Shown here: one piece after another, positions 18,226-27,647 of the stretch
How the letters are laid out: each line of letters opens with the position of its first letter
How positions within the stretch are numbered: position 1 is the first letter of the stretch
DNA from: a virus
Taxonomy: Duplodnaviria > Caudoviricetes
Virus record (IMG/VR): IMGVR_UViG_3300016467_000213
Coordinates: 1-36,517 of that record
Reading direction: 5' to 3' (one strand)
Length of the DNA: 36,517 bases
Position numbers and translations under genes: made by a program
The notes under the pieces: model-generated
What the model was told of the DNA's origin: nothing
Database searches by the model: none
The model's input: the letters and a program-made list of their open reading frames with translations, nothing else

Positions 18226-18570
18226 ATGGCGTTTGTTCTCAAGCAGTCCGACACCTACATCTGGCCGGTCACCGTCGAGATCCCCATCGACGGCGGCCGG
18301 TTCGATCGGCAAACATTCGACGCTGAGTTCAAACGCCTCCCGCAGGCGCGAAACAACGCGATCATTCAGGCCGCACGCGCTGAAACAACCACCGATCAGG
18401 AGGTGGCTGATGAGGTGCTGGTGGGCTGGAAGGGCATCACTGACGACGGCGGCAAGGACGTTCCCTACAGCGAGACGGCCAAGGCGCAGCTGCTGGATGT
18501 TCCCGGCGTGGCTGCCGCCTTGGTCGAGGGCTACATCAACTCGCTGATCGGAGCGAAGCGAAAAAACTGA
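18226..18570 (+). CDS. Tail assembly chaperone (gpG-like)
   Basis: AGGAG SD; VLVGWKGITD..VPYSE; ends in slippery A AAA AAC TGA. Confidence 0.85.
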   Translation: MAFVLKQSDTYIWPVTVEIPIDGGRFDRQTFDAEFKRLPQARNNAIIQAARAETTTDQEVADEVLVGWKGITDDGGKDVPYSETAKAQLLDVPGVAAALVEGYINSLIGAKRKN

Positions 18571-18896
18571 TCGACGCCGCGGAGCACTGGGCACGCGGCG
18601 GAGTGCAAGACAACACGGAGGATGACGCTGCAGTGCTCGGCATCGTCCTCCCCGATGCGATCAACACCTCAGAAGACTGCGAGGTGTTTGAGGAGAACTG
18701 GCAGGTGGTCGAGCTGTTTCTGCGTGTGCAGACGCAGTGGCGCACCGGGATGAACGGACCTGTGGGGCTCGATTACATGGCTGTGGCGTGGGTTCTTAAA
18801 CTGACTGCAGAGGAGGCCACCCACCGCACGCTGCTGGAGGATCTGCAGATCATGGAGAGCGCGGTGCTGGCCTTTATTGCACGGCAGGAGAGCTGA
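18561..18896 (+). CDS. Tail assembly chaperone gpT part, reached by -1 frameshift (DUF1799-like)
   Basis: The -1 frame is open from the slippery site (KLIDAAEHWARGG...) into ENWQVVELF..QTQWR..GLDY..LQIME. Confidence 0.85.
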   Translation, partial: KKLIDAAEHWARGGVQDNTEDDAAVLGIVLPDAINTSEDCEVFEENWQVVELFLRVQTQWRTGMNGPVGLDYMAVAWVLKLTAEEATHRTLLEDLQIMESAVLAFIARQES

Positions 18897-18899
18897 GCC

Positions 18900-21662
18900 A
18901 TGGCGATGAACTTGGACGCCATGCTCCGCATCAAGGCGGATGTAGACGGCCAGAACAAGATCGTCTCGCTAAACCGTGGCCTGCAGCAGGTGGGCACTAC
19001 GGCCGCAGGCGTCACCGGCGCTATGCGTGGCCTGACAGGCGCTGCAGCTGGCCTATCCGGCGCGCTGGGTACGTTGGCACCCCTGCTCAGCGCAGCGGGC
19101 TTGGTGGGGATGGTGAAGAACACCATCGAGGCTGGAAACGTGATGTACGACCTGTCTCAAGCGACAGGCGTATCGGTCGAGGCGCTGGCCCGGTTTAAGA
19201 AGGCTGCGGTCACCAGCGGCACCAGCTTGGAAGGCGTGAGCAAGGGCCTAGTCAAGCTCAATAAGGCGATGCTCGATGCCGCTACGGGCGGCAAGGCGTC
19301 AGTCGCCACATTCCAGGCGCTCGGCATCAACGTCAAGAACACCGATGGCACCCTCAAGTCGGCCGACCGGGTGATGCTGGAGGTGGCCAACCGTTTCAAG
19401 GAAATGCCTGACGGTGCGGTCAAGACGGCGCTGGCACTGCGTCTCTTTGGCAAGTCCGGTGCTGAGCTGATCCCGATGCTCAACATGGGCGGCGATGCGA
19501 TCGACAAGCTGAAGGTCAAGATGACCGAGGCGTTCGCTCAGAGGGCGGATGAGTACAGCGACAAGCTGGCAATGCTCAGCGGCAAGGTTGGTGCGCTTGG
19601 TGCTGACCTGACGATTGCGCTGCTGCCGGCGCTTGAGGGCATAACCAATGCGCTCACGGTGGCGGTGACTGCGTTCAACGAGCTGCCGGCGCCTCTGAAG
19701 TCTGCAGCTGTTGGTGCGGCCACGCTGGCGATCGCGTGGGGACCGCTCACGGGCGCACTCAAAGGCGGCATCGGCCTGCTGGCATCAGCAGCAAACGGAC
19801 TGGAGATCCTGCGCTATCAAACGGCGCTGGCTGGCGGAGTGATGCCCTTGCTCACGGGTGGCATTGAAGGGCTCAGCGCGGCAATCTTGGCGATCCCCGG
19901 ATGGGGCTGGGCGCTGGCCGGTGTTGCTGCGCTGGGCTTGCTAAGCAAGGCGCTCTACGACAGCAACGACACCTTCAGAGCTTGGGCAGACAATATCGGC
20001 ACGGTAGTGGCCGAAGATTTCACCGCGGCAATGACGGTTTTAGCTAGCAGCGCAAAGGCTGGCACTGACCAGGCAGCAGTGTATTTCAACACCCTCGGGA
20101 CCTACATAAACGACTGGTGCACTTGGCTGGATCAGCGGTTTGAAGAAGCATTTACCAAGCTGGGCGACTACGCCAAGTCGGGCAGTGACACCATTGCTGC
20201 CAAGTTCAATGAATTGGGCAAATACTTTGACCAGTTGGGGACTTGGATCAGCGATAAGTTCAAATGGGCATTTGGCTCTACCTCTCAGTCTGCACAGGTA
20301 GCTGCTAAAAAGTCTGAAAGCGGCTGGGCGACTGCTTGGAGCAACATGGCGAGCAGCGTGGCCAGTTCGCTGGCCAGCACTGCAAAGATGATTCAAGACT
20401 GGTGGAACTCAATTCCCGCTCCGATCCGCGGTTTTTTAAGCGGTTCAGCGCAGGGACCTGGTGTTTTTAAGGATGCAGCGAGCCTCGCCAAGTGGGTACA
20501 GAGCGCCAACAGTCGCGCAGTTGCAATGGGTAAGCAACAGAAAGTAAATCGTGCAGACAAGACTGACCTCCCTCCCCTTCCCTCTGGCTTCACCCCTGAC
20601 CTAGGCGCGCTGGAGTCCGGCGGTGGTAGCGGCGCAGCCAAGAAGGCCAAGGATGCAGCCGATGAAGCCAAGAAGATCAAAGACGGCCTAGAAGCCTCCA
20701 AGGCGAAGCTGGACCAGGCGAAGGCCGAGCTGGCAATCCTCCGCGAATCGGACCCGATCAAGAAGATCCAGCTGGAGTATGAGGAGCGGCGTCGGGTAGT
20801 GATTGCTGAGGCGGCGCAGGAACTTAGCAAGGCGCTCAGCGTTGAGGAGACAGCCAACATCCAGCGGACGCGCGCGATCGACCTGCAGAAGCTCGGCGTG
20901 CAAGAGACCAACGCGCTGAAAGACGCCTACAAGGAGCTGGGTGATGCGGCCTATGAAGCGGCGCTGAAAACTGCCGAATGGGGCAGCTCAGTTGAAAACG
21001 CGAACAACGCAATGACCGGCCTGCGTGATGGCATCAGTTCTTACTTGGAAAGCGCCGGGACCTTGGCATCGAACATCAGCACCTTGACAGTGGACACTTT
21101 TAAGGGACTTGAGGACGCCATCGTCAGCCTGACGACTACCGGCACGTATGACTTCAAACAGTTTGCAGCCTCAATGATTGAAGAGATGACCCGCATGGTG
21201 ACGCAGTTGCTGATCCTTGCTCCGCTTCTGCAGTGGATCCAAAGCCTGCTCCCTGGCGGCAGTATCCTCAGCGGCACGAACGCCCTATCAACCACCAAGC
21301 TGGTCCCCGGCGGCATCTTCGCCAACGGCGGTGCGTTCGCCAACGGCATCCAGCCGTTCGCAGCTGGCGGCGTCATCAACAGCCCGACGCTGTTCAAGTT
21401 CGCCAACGGCGGTGCCATGAACACCGGACTCATGGGCGAGGCTGGCCCGGAGGCGATCATGCCGCTGAAGCGTGGCAAGGATGGCAAGCTCGGCGTGGCA
21501 GGTGCCAGCGGCTCCACCAGCGTGGTGGTGAACGTGGATGCCAAGGGCAGCAGCGTTCAAGGCGACAGCAACCAGAGCGAGGCCCTAGGACGCGCCATCA
21601 GCTCTGCAGTGCAGGCAGAATTGGTCAAGCAGAAGCGGCCTGGCGGCCTGTTGGCGGCGTAA
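18900..21662 (+). CDS. Tail tape measure protein
   Basis: 920 aa, Ala/Gly-rich and helical; C-terminal FANGG repeats and MGEAGPEAIMPL; KRPGGLL end. Confidence 0.95.
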   Translation: MAMNLDAMLRIKADVDGQNKIVSLNRGLQQVGTTAAGVTGAMRGLTGAAAGLSGALGTLAPLLSAAGLVGMVKNTIEAGNVMYDLSQATGVSVEALARFKKAAVTSGTSLEGVSKGLVKLNKAMLDAATGGKASVATFQALGINVKNTDGTLKSADRVMLEVANRFKEMPDGAVKTALALRLFGKSGAELIPMLNMGGDAIDKLKVKMTEAFAQRADEYSDKLAMLSGKVGALGADLTIALLPALEGITNALTVAVTAFNELPAPLKSAAVGAATLAIAWGPLTGALKGGIGLLASAANGLEILRYQTALAGGVMPLLTGGIEGLSAAILAIPGWGWALAGVAALGLLSKALYDSNDTFRAWADNIGTVVAEDFTAAMTVLASSAKAGTDQAAVYFNTLGTYINDWCTWLDQRFEEAFTKLGDYAKSGSDTIAAKFNELGKYFDQLGTWISDKFKWAFGSTSQSAQVAAKKSESGWATAWSNMASSVASSLASTAKMIQDWWNSIPAPIRGFLSGSAQGPGVFKDAASLAKWVQSANSRAVAMGKQQKVNRADKTDLPPLPSGFTPDLGALESGGGSGAAKKAKDAADEAKKIKDGLEASKAKLDQAKAELAILRESDPIKKIQLEYEERRRVVIAEAAQELSKALSVEETANIQRTRAIDLQKLGVQETNALKDAYKELGDAAYEAALKTAEWGSSVENANNAMTGLRDGISSYLESAGTLASNISTLTVDTFKGLEDAIVSLTTTGTYDFKQFAASMIEEMTRMVTQLLILAPLLQWIQSLLPGGSILSGTNALSTTKLVPGGIFANGGAFANGIQPFAAGGVINSPTLFKFANGGAMNTGLMGEAGPEAIMPLKRGKDGKLGVAGASGSTSVVVNVDAKGSSVQGDSNQSEALGRAISSAVQAELVKQKRPGGLLAA

Positions 21663-21665
21663 CCG

Positions 21666-22001
21666 ATGGCGACCTTCACCTACACCCCAAGTTTTGAGGC
21701 AACCGAGAACAGCAAGCCTCTGGTCACCCGCTTTGCGGCTGGTGACGGTTACGAGCAGCGCATCCGGTTCGGCCTGCACTCCGACCCGAAGGAGTGGACG
21801 CTGGTGTTCGCCAATCGGACCAATACGGAGCGCGACAACATCGCAGCCTTCCTAGAGGCGCGTGGCGGTTGGGAGGCGTTTGACTGGACACCGCCACGCG
21901 GCACTGCTGGCAAGTACATCTGCGAGGAGTGGCAGGTGACGCTCAGCAACTGCAACAACAACCAGATCCAGGCCACCTTCCGCGAGGTGTTTGAACCCTG
22001 A
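21666..22001 (+). CDS. Minor tail protein M (distal tail)
   Basis: GDGYEQR, FLEARGG.EAFDWTPP, ATFREVFEP. Confidence 0.92.
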   Translation: MATFTYTPSFEATENSKPLVTRFAAGDGYEQRIRFGLHSDPKEWTLVFANRTNTERDNIAAFLEARGGWEAFDWTPPRGTAGKYICEEWQVTLSNCNNNQIQATFREVFEP

Positions 22002-22975
22002 TGGCTGTCCCTGTTTCTGAGCTTCAGAAGGTCGCGCCGAGCGCCATCATCGAGCTGTTCACGCTTGAGCTAAACACGACGCAGCACGGCGTCAACGACA
22101 CCTATCGCTTCCATGCCGGCACCAATCTGAACAGTAACGGGCAGCTGGTGTGGGCTGGCAACACCTATCAGCGTCTGCCTGTAGAGGCGGAGGGCTTTGA
22201 GTACAGCGGAAACGGTCAGCTGCCGCGCCCCAAGATCCGCTGCAGCAATGTACTGAGCACGATCACTGCGATCATCCTCACGCTGCCGAATGGCCTAGAA
22301 GGCGCCAAGGTGTCGCGCATACGCACGCTGGCACGCTACCTCGATGCGGTGAACTTCCCTGGCGGCGTGAACCCTTACGGGACACCGGACCCGACAGCTG
22401 AGTTCCCGCGTGAGATCTACTACATCGACCGCAAGACGGTCGAGAACAAGAACTACGTGGAGTATGAGCTGGCAGCCGTCTTTGATCTTGTCGGCGTAAA
22501 GGCGCCGAAACGCCAGTGCATCAGCAACATCTGCCAGTGGGTCTACAAGTCAGCCGAGTGTGGCTATGTCCCCGAATACAGCTTCAATCTGGTGGCTCAC
22601 TACGTTGCCTTCGGCATCTATGAAGGCCGGTGGTTCAACGCTACTGGCGCGTTTGACGCCACCTACTACCTTGCCGCTTATCCAGACGTGGCCAATGCTG
22701 GCTATACGACAGGAACGGCCTACCAGCACTGGATCAACTACGGCCTTTATGAAGGCCGCAATGGAAACGCCGGCGGTGCATGGGACAGCTATGTCTACCT
22801 GACCTTGAACCCGGATCTGAGGGTGCTTGTCTACTTCGATGAGAACGATACCGGCGTTCTTAGCTCTACGCAGGATGACTGCGGCAAGCGGCTCAGCAGC
22901 TGCAAGGCTCGGTTCGGTGAAAACAATGAGCTTCCCTACGGCTCCTTCCCTGGTATCGGGACCTACTACGCATGA
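22001..22975 (+). CDS. Minor tail protein L carrying a ~88-aa insertion
   Basis: [34 protein letters not shown]...[16 protein letters not shown]. Confidence 0.92.
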   Translation: MAVPVSELQKVAPSAIIELFTLELNTTQHGVNDTYRFHAGTNLNSNGQLVWAGNTYQRLPVEAEGFEYSGNGQLPRPKIRCSNVLSTITAIILTLPNGLEGAKVSRIRTLARYLDAVNFPGGVNPYGTPDPTAEFPREIYYIDRKTVENKNYVEYELAAVFDLVGVKAPKRQCISNICQWVYKSAECGYVPEYSFNLVAHYVAFGIYEGRWFNATGAFDATYYLAAYPDVANAGYTTGTAYQHWINYGLYEGRNGNAGGAWDSYVYLTLNPDLRVLVYFDENDTGVLSSTQDDCGKRLSSCKARFGENNELPYGSFPGIGTYYA

Positions 22976-23694
22976 CTTGGCGCGACGCAGCATTTGAACA
23001 CGCACAGGCGGAGGATCCACGCGAGGCGTGCGGCCTTGTCGTTGTGGTCAAAGGTCGAGAGCGTTACTGGCCCTGCCGCAACCTTGCCACCGACCTTGAT
23101 CAGTTCGTGCTGGACCCTGCGGACTATGCCGCAGCAGAGGACGCCGGCGAGGTTATCGCCGTCTTTCACAGCCATCCGGTCACCCCTGCAGTGCCCAGTC
23201 AGGCTGATCTCGTTGCGATCGAACGATCGGCGCTGCCTTGGTGGATTGCCAACCCGAAGACCGGCGAATGGAGCGAGGAGCTGCGCCCCACCGGCTACAA
23301 AGCGCCCCTGATCGGGCGGCAGTGGTCCTGGGGCCTGACGGATTGCTGGACGCTGGTGAGGGATTGGTACGCGGAGCACGGGCTGCAGCTCCCAGATTGG
23401 GAGCGGCCGCTGACACCTGCCGAGTTTGAAGCGGCGCCAATGTTTGACAGTTGCTGGCGCGAGGCAGGTTTCCGCGAGTTGGAGGAGGATGAGCAGCTGC
23501 AGCCCGGCGATGCGCTGCTGATGAGCCTCGGTTCAGCTCAGCTCAACCATGTCGGCATCTACATTGGCGATCAGCTGCTTCTGCACCACGCCAGAGGCAG
23601 GCTGAGCAGCCGCGATCTCTATGGCGGCTGGTGGATGAAATGCACCGGGCGCAGGCTGCGGCATCCAGAGCTGCCTACAATGGCGGGAGGCTAG
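22972..23694 (+). CDS. Tail assembly protein K (JAB/MPN plus NlpC/P60)
   Basis: [36 protein letters not shown]. Confidence 0.93.
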   Translation: MTWRDAAFEHAQAEDPREACGLVVVVKGRERYWPCRNLATDLDQFVLDPADYAAAEDAGEVIAVFHSHPVTPAVPSQADLVAIERSALPWWIANPKTGEWSEELRPTGYKAPLIGRQWSWGLTDCWTLVRDWYAEHGLQLPDWERPLTPAEFEAAPMFDSCWREAGFRELEEDEQLQPGDALLMSLGSAQLNHVGIYIGDQLLLHHARGRLSSRDLYGGWWMKCTGRRLRHPELPTMAGG

Positions 23695-23702
23695 GGCAGG
23701 CC

Positions 23703-24257
23703 ATGCTGCGGAAGATCCGGGTGTATGGAAGGCTGGCCAAGTTCCTCGGTCAGCGGGTGCTGGAGGCGGACGTGGCGACCGCTGCTGAGGCCGTCCGCTT
23801 TCTGGTGACGAACTGGCCGGAGCTGGAGAGGCACATGGCCGACCAGCACTATCGCGTGAGTGTTGGCGGATACGACCTAAGCGCCGAAGAACTGCACGAT
23901 CCAGCGGGCCAGCAAGAGATCAAGATCATCCCGGTGATCGGTGGTGCTGGCGGCAATTCAACGTGGCAGATCTTAGCTGGCGTGGCGCTGATTGCGCTGT
24001 CGTTCATCCCCGGCATCGGTGCGCTTGGCGTCAGCCTGATGATCGGCGCCGGCGCTTCGCTGGTCCTTGGCGGCGTGGCGCAGCTGTTGATGCCGGTGCC
24101 AAGCACTGACACGTCCGAGCAAGATCCAACCGAATCCTTCAGCTTCAGCGGCATCCAGCAAACAAGCCGCGAAGGCGTGCCTGTGCCGATCGTCTATGGC
24201 GAGATGCTGGTGGGCTCCGTCGTGGTATCTGCTGCCATTGACACCAAGGCGCTCTAA
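23703..24257 (+). CDS. Tail assembly protein I
   Basis: IRVYGRLAKFLG, AEAVRFL, IIPVIGGAGG, GVPVPIVYGE. Confidence 0.92.
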   Translation: MLRKIRVYGRLAKFLGQRVLEADVATAAEAVRFLVTNWPELERHMADQHYRVSVGGYDLSAEELHDPAGQQEIKIIPVIGGAGGNSTWQILAGVALIALSFIPGIGALGVSLMIGAGASLVLGGVAQLLMPVPSTDTSEQDPTESFSFSGIQQTSREGVPVPIVYGEMLVGSVVVSAAIDTKAL

Positions 24258-24260
24258 GAG

Positions 24261-27200
24261 ATGGCACAACCCAACCGACCGCTCAGCTCTGATCGCCTTT
24301 CAGCCCGCGCTCGCCTAATTGGTGCAGGTGGTGGAGGCTCCAGCTCCAGTAGTTCGCCAACGGAAGAAAAGGACAATCTCAACTCAACACAGTTCACGAC
24401 TGTCGTCGATCTCCTCAGTGAAGGCGAGATCCAAGGTCTCAAAAACGGCTCTCAGTCGGTCTACCTAGATGACACTGTTCTTCAGAACCCCGACGGCTCT
24501 TACAACTTTGAAAACATCACGCTTGATTATGTCTATGGGACGCAGAACCAAGCTGCGCTTCCAAGCACTGAGGACATTGGCGACGAGAAGCCGGTCAACG
24601 TAGAAGTAAAGAACGGCGTAGACATTGTTCGGACAATCACGTCCACCATCACTGACGCTGTGCGCGTCACAATCACCTTTCCGCAGCTTCAAAAGATCCA
24701 GGACGACGGAGACATCAAGGGCACTTCGGTTCGCCTGATGATTGATGTCCAATACAACGGCGGCGGCTATACAACGCAGATTGATGACACGGTATCCGGT
24801 CGCACGGCCGACCAATTCCAGCGCGATTACATCATCAACCTCGACAGCAATGGTGCCTTTCCGGTAGAGATCAAGGTCCGCCGCATCACGGAAGACTCAA
24901 CCAGCACCAAGAAGATCAACGCCTTCTTGTGGACCAGCTACACCGAGATCACCTACGTCAAGCTGCGCTATCCCAACAGCGCCATAGCCAGGCTGAAGTG
25001 CGATGCTGAGCAGTTCAGTTCGATCCCGTCTCGCAGTTACCTGATCCGGGGCATTAAGGTTCGCATCCCAAGCAATGCGACAGTCGATCAGGACAATGGC
25101 CGGCTGATCTACAGCGGCGCCTGGAATGGCACGTTTGGCGCAGCGCAGTGGTGCAGCGACCCTGCATGGATCTTGTGGGATCTGCTGACCTCCACCCGTT
25201 ACGGGTTTGGTGATCACATCAAGGACGCGCAGCTGGATAAGTGGGCCTTCTATGCAGCCAGCGCGTACTGCTCCGCACTTGTGCTTGACGGCTATGGCGG
25301 CTACGAGCCCCGATTCAGCTGCAACGTCAACATTCAGACGCAGGAAGATGCCTACAAGCTGATCAACAACATGTGTTCAGTGTTCCGGGCAATGCCCTAC
25401 TGGAGCACCGGAACGCTTACGGTCAGTCAAGACAGACCGACCGACACCTCTTACCTGTTCACTGCTGCAAACGTTTCAGAGGAAGGGTTCACCTATCAAG
25501 GCGGCAGCCTCAAGACGCGCCCCAACGTTGCCGTCGTCAGCTGGTTCAATCTCGACACTAGGCAGACCGAGTACGAGGTGGTGGAGAACACTGCTGCGGT
25601 CAAGAAGTACGGCTCGATCACGACTCAAATCGAAGCCTTTGCCTGCACGTCACGCGGTCAGGCGCACCGCGTGGGTGAGTGGCTGCTCTACACCGAGGAG
25701 TACGAGTCCGAGACGGTGAACTTCACGGCGTCGATCGACGCTGGCGTCGTGGTCAGGCCCGGCCAGATCATCGAGATCAGTGACCCGGTAAAGGCCGGCT
25801 CACGCCGCGGTGGGCGCATCATGGCCGCCACCATCACCACAGTCACCCTCGACGATGCAACCGGGCTCACGGCAGCCGGCGGCTCGCTGTCGGTGATCAT
25901 GCCGGACGGAACCGTTCAGACCAAGAACATCGCATCCATTGCATCATCGGTCTGCACGCTCACCTCACCTTTCACTACTGCACCGAACGCAAACAGCATC
26001 TGGGTCTACCAGAGCTCCAACGTCCAAACCTCAACGTGGCGGGTGATCAGCGTGGTCGAGGAGGAGTCGGCTCAGTATGTCGTCTCCGCTGTCGCTTACA
26101 ACGCTTCCAAATACAACTACATCGAGCGCGACCTGCCACTGACGGATCGGGACATCACCGATCTGAACGTCATCCCGCCACCGCCGACCAACCTGGCAGC
26201 AAAGGAGCTGCTGTTTGAGGACAACGGCAAGGCGCGGTCAAAGGTTCAGATCAGCTGGGTGCCACCTACAGGTATCAACCAGTTCCGCGTTGGCTGGCGC
26301 GAACAGGATGGCAACTGGACTTGGGATGTCGTCAACCGCCTTGACTACGAGATCCTTGACTCCACCAACGTCACCTATGAGATCCAGGTCTACAGCGTCA
26401 ACTCGGCGCTTCGTCAGTCCACCCTGCCTGCGGCTCTGACATTTCAAGCATTTGGCAAGACGGCGCCACCGGGCAATGTCAGCATCCTCTCCCTGGTGTC
26501 GATTGATGATGCCAGCGCCATCCTGAGCTGGGAGCGATCAACCGAGCTTGACGTGCTACTCGGCGGCAAGGTGCTGATCAGGCACAACGTGGCAACAGTT
26601 GGCGCGTTGTGGGAGGAGAGTCAAGAGATCGTCGCGGCAGCATCTGGCAGTCAGACGCAGAAGCAGGTGCCGCTGCTGGAGGGCACTTACCTGCTCAAGT
26701 TTGAGGACGACACCGGCAACCGCTCCGTGACGGCAAGCACCGCTGTTGTGGATCTGCCGACGCCGCAGCCGCGCCTGCTGATCAAGACCTACGCAGAGGA
26801 TCAGGGGACGCCGCCGTTCTCAGGCAACGTCACGGACATGTTCTACAGCGACCAGCTGGATGGCCTGATCATCGCCAGCGGCATCTATGTAGACGACATG
26901 GCGCCGGATGTCGTACCTGGCAGCCCGCTGATTGACGAAGCTGGCGACCCGATCCTCGATGAAAACGGCAACCCGATCCTCGCGGAGGCAGATCCCGGCG
27001 ACTGGGACAGCTTGGCTTCGATCGACAGCGTGGGCGGCGTTGATCCTGTTGGTGAGTACGAGTTCGGCAGCACCTGGGACATGGGCGGCGTGTTTGATGT
27101 CAACATGCGCCGCCGCTTCGTTACACGCCCCTACCTGCCTGCTGCATTGTGGGATGACAAGGTGGGCTTGATCGACGACTGGCCGGAGATCGACGAGACC

Positions 27201-27644
27201 AACCTCGATGCCGTCAACGCCACCCTCTACGTTCGCAGCACGCTGACCAACCCATCCGCATCCCCAACGTGGTCGGACTGGAACGAGTTCAGCAACGCGA
27301 TCGTGCGTGGCCGAGGCTTCCAGTTCAAGATGATCGCTACCAGCAGCGACCCCAACCAGAACATCGTGATCGAAGAGCTGGGCGCTGAGCTGGAACTGCA
27401 GCAGCGGGTGGAGCAGTCTGGAACGCTGACAACCGCCGCAGCCACCTACTCCGCTGCATTTGCAAGCAACTTCTACGCCGCGCCGGCGATCGGGTTGACA
27501 GCCTATAACATGGGCACTGGAGACTACTTCCAGATCACCAACGTGACCCGCACCGGCTTCGACGTGGTTTTCAGGAACGCCGGCGGCACTGCCGTCAGCC
27601 GAAACTTCACCTACACCGCCGTGGGCTTCGGAAAGGAGATCTAA
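24261..27644 (+). CDS. Tail tip / central fibre protein J with FN3-like domains
   Basis: DLLSEGEIQGL, YPNSA, SDPAWILWDLLT..RYG, EPRFSCN, CTSRGQAHRVGEW. Confidence 0.95.
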   Translation: MAQPNRPLSSDRLSARARLIGAGGGGSSSSSSPTEEKDNLNSTQFTTVVDLLSEGEIQGLKNGSQSVYLDDTVLQNPDGSYNFENITLDYVYGTQNQAALPSTEDIGDEKPVNVEVKNGVDIVRTITSTITDAVRVTITFPQLQKIQDDGDIKGTSVRLMIDVQYNGGGYTTQIDDTVSGRTADQFQRDYIINLDSNGAFPVEIKVRRITEDSTSTKKINAFLWTSYTEITYVKLRYPNSAIARLKCDAEQFSSIPSRSYLIRGIKVRIPSNATVDQDNGRLIYSGAWNGTFGAAQWCSDPAWILWDLLTSTRYGFGDHIKDAQLDKWAFYAASAYCSALVLDGYGGYEPRFSCNVNIQTQEDAYKLINNMCSVFRAMPYWSTGTLTVSQDRPTDTSYLFTAANVSEEGFTYQGGSLKTRPNVAVVSWFNLDTRQTEYEVVENTAAVKKYGSITTQIEAFACTSRGQAHRVGEWLLYTEEYESETVNFTASIDAGVVVRPGQIIEISDPVKAGSRRGGRIMAATITTVTLDDATGLTAAGGSLSVIMPDGTVQTKNIASIASSVCTLTSPFTTAPNANSIWVYQSSNVQTSTWRVISVVEEESAQYVVSAVAYNASKYNYIERDLPLTDRDITDLNVIPPPPTNLAAKELLFEDNGKARSKVQISWVPPTGINQFRVGWREQDGNWTWDVVNRLDYEILDSTNVTYEIQVYSVNSALRQSTLPAALTFQAFGKTAPPGNVSILSLVSIDDASAILSWERSTELDVLLGGKVLIRHNVATVGALWEESQEIVAAASGSQTQKQVPLLEGTYLLKFEDDTGNRSVTASTAVVDLPTPQPRLLIKTYAEDQGTPPFSGNVTDMFYSDQLDGLIIASGIYVDDMAPDVVPGSPLIDEAGDPILDENGNPILAEADPGDWDSLASIDSVGGVDPVGEYEFGSTWDMGGVFDVNMRRRFVTRPYLPAALWDDKVGLIDDWPEIDETNLDAVNATLYVRSTLTNPSASPTWSDWNEFSNAIVRGRGFQFKMIATSSDPNQNIVIEELGAELELQQRVEQSGTLTTAAATYSAAFASNFYAAPAIGLTAYNMGTGDYFQITNVTRTGFDVVFRNAGGTAVSRNFTYTAVGFGKEI

Positions 27645-27647
27645 AGC

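Noticed and set aside
21321-21415. Repeated GCCAACGGC units
   Set aside because: They encode the ordinary FANGG repeats of the tape measure C-terminus; not an array
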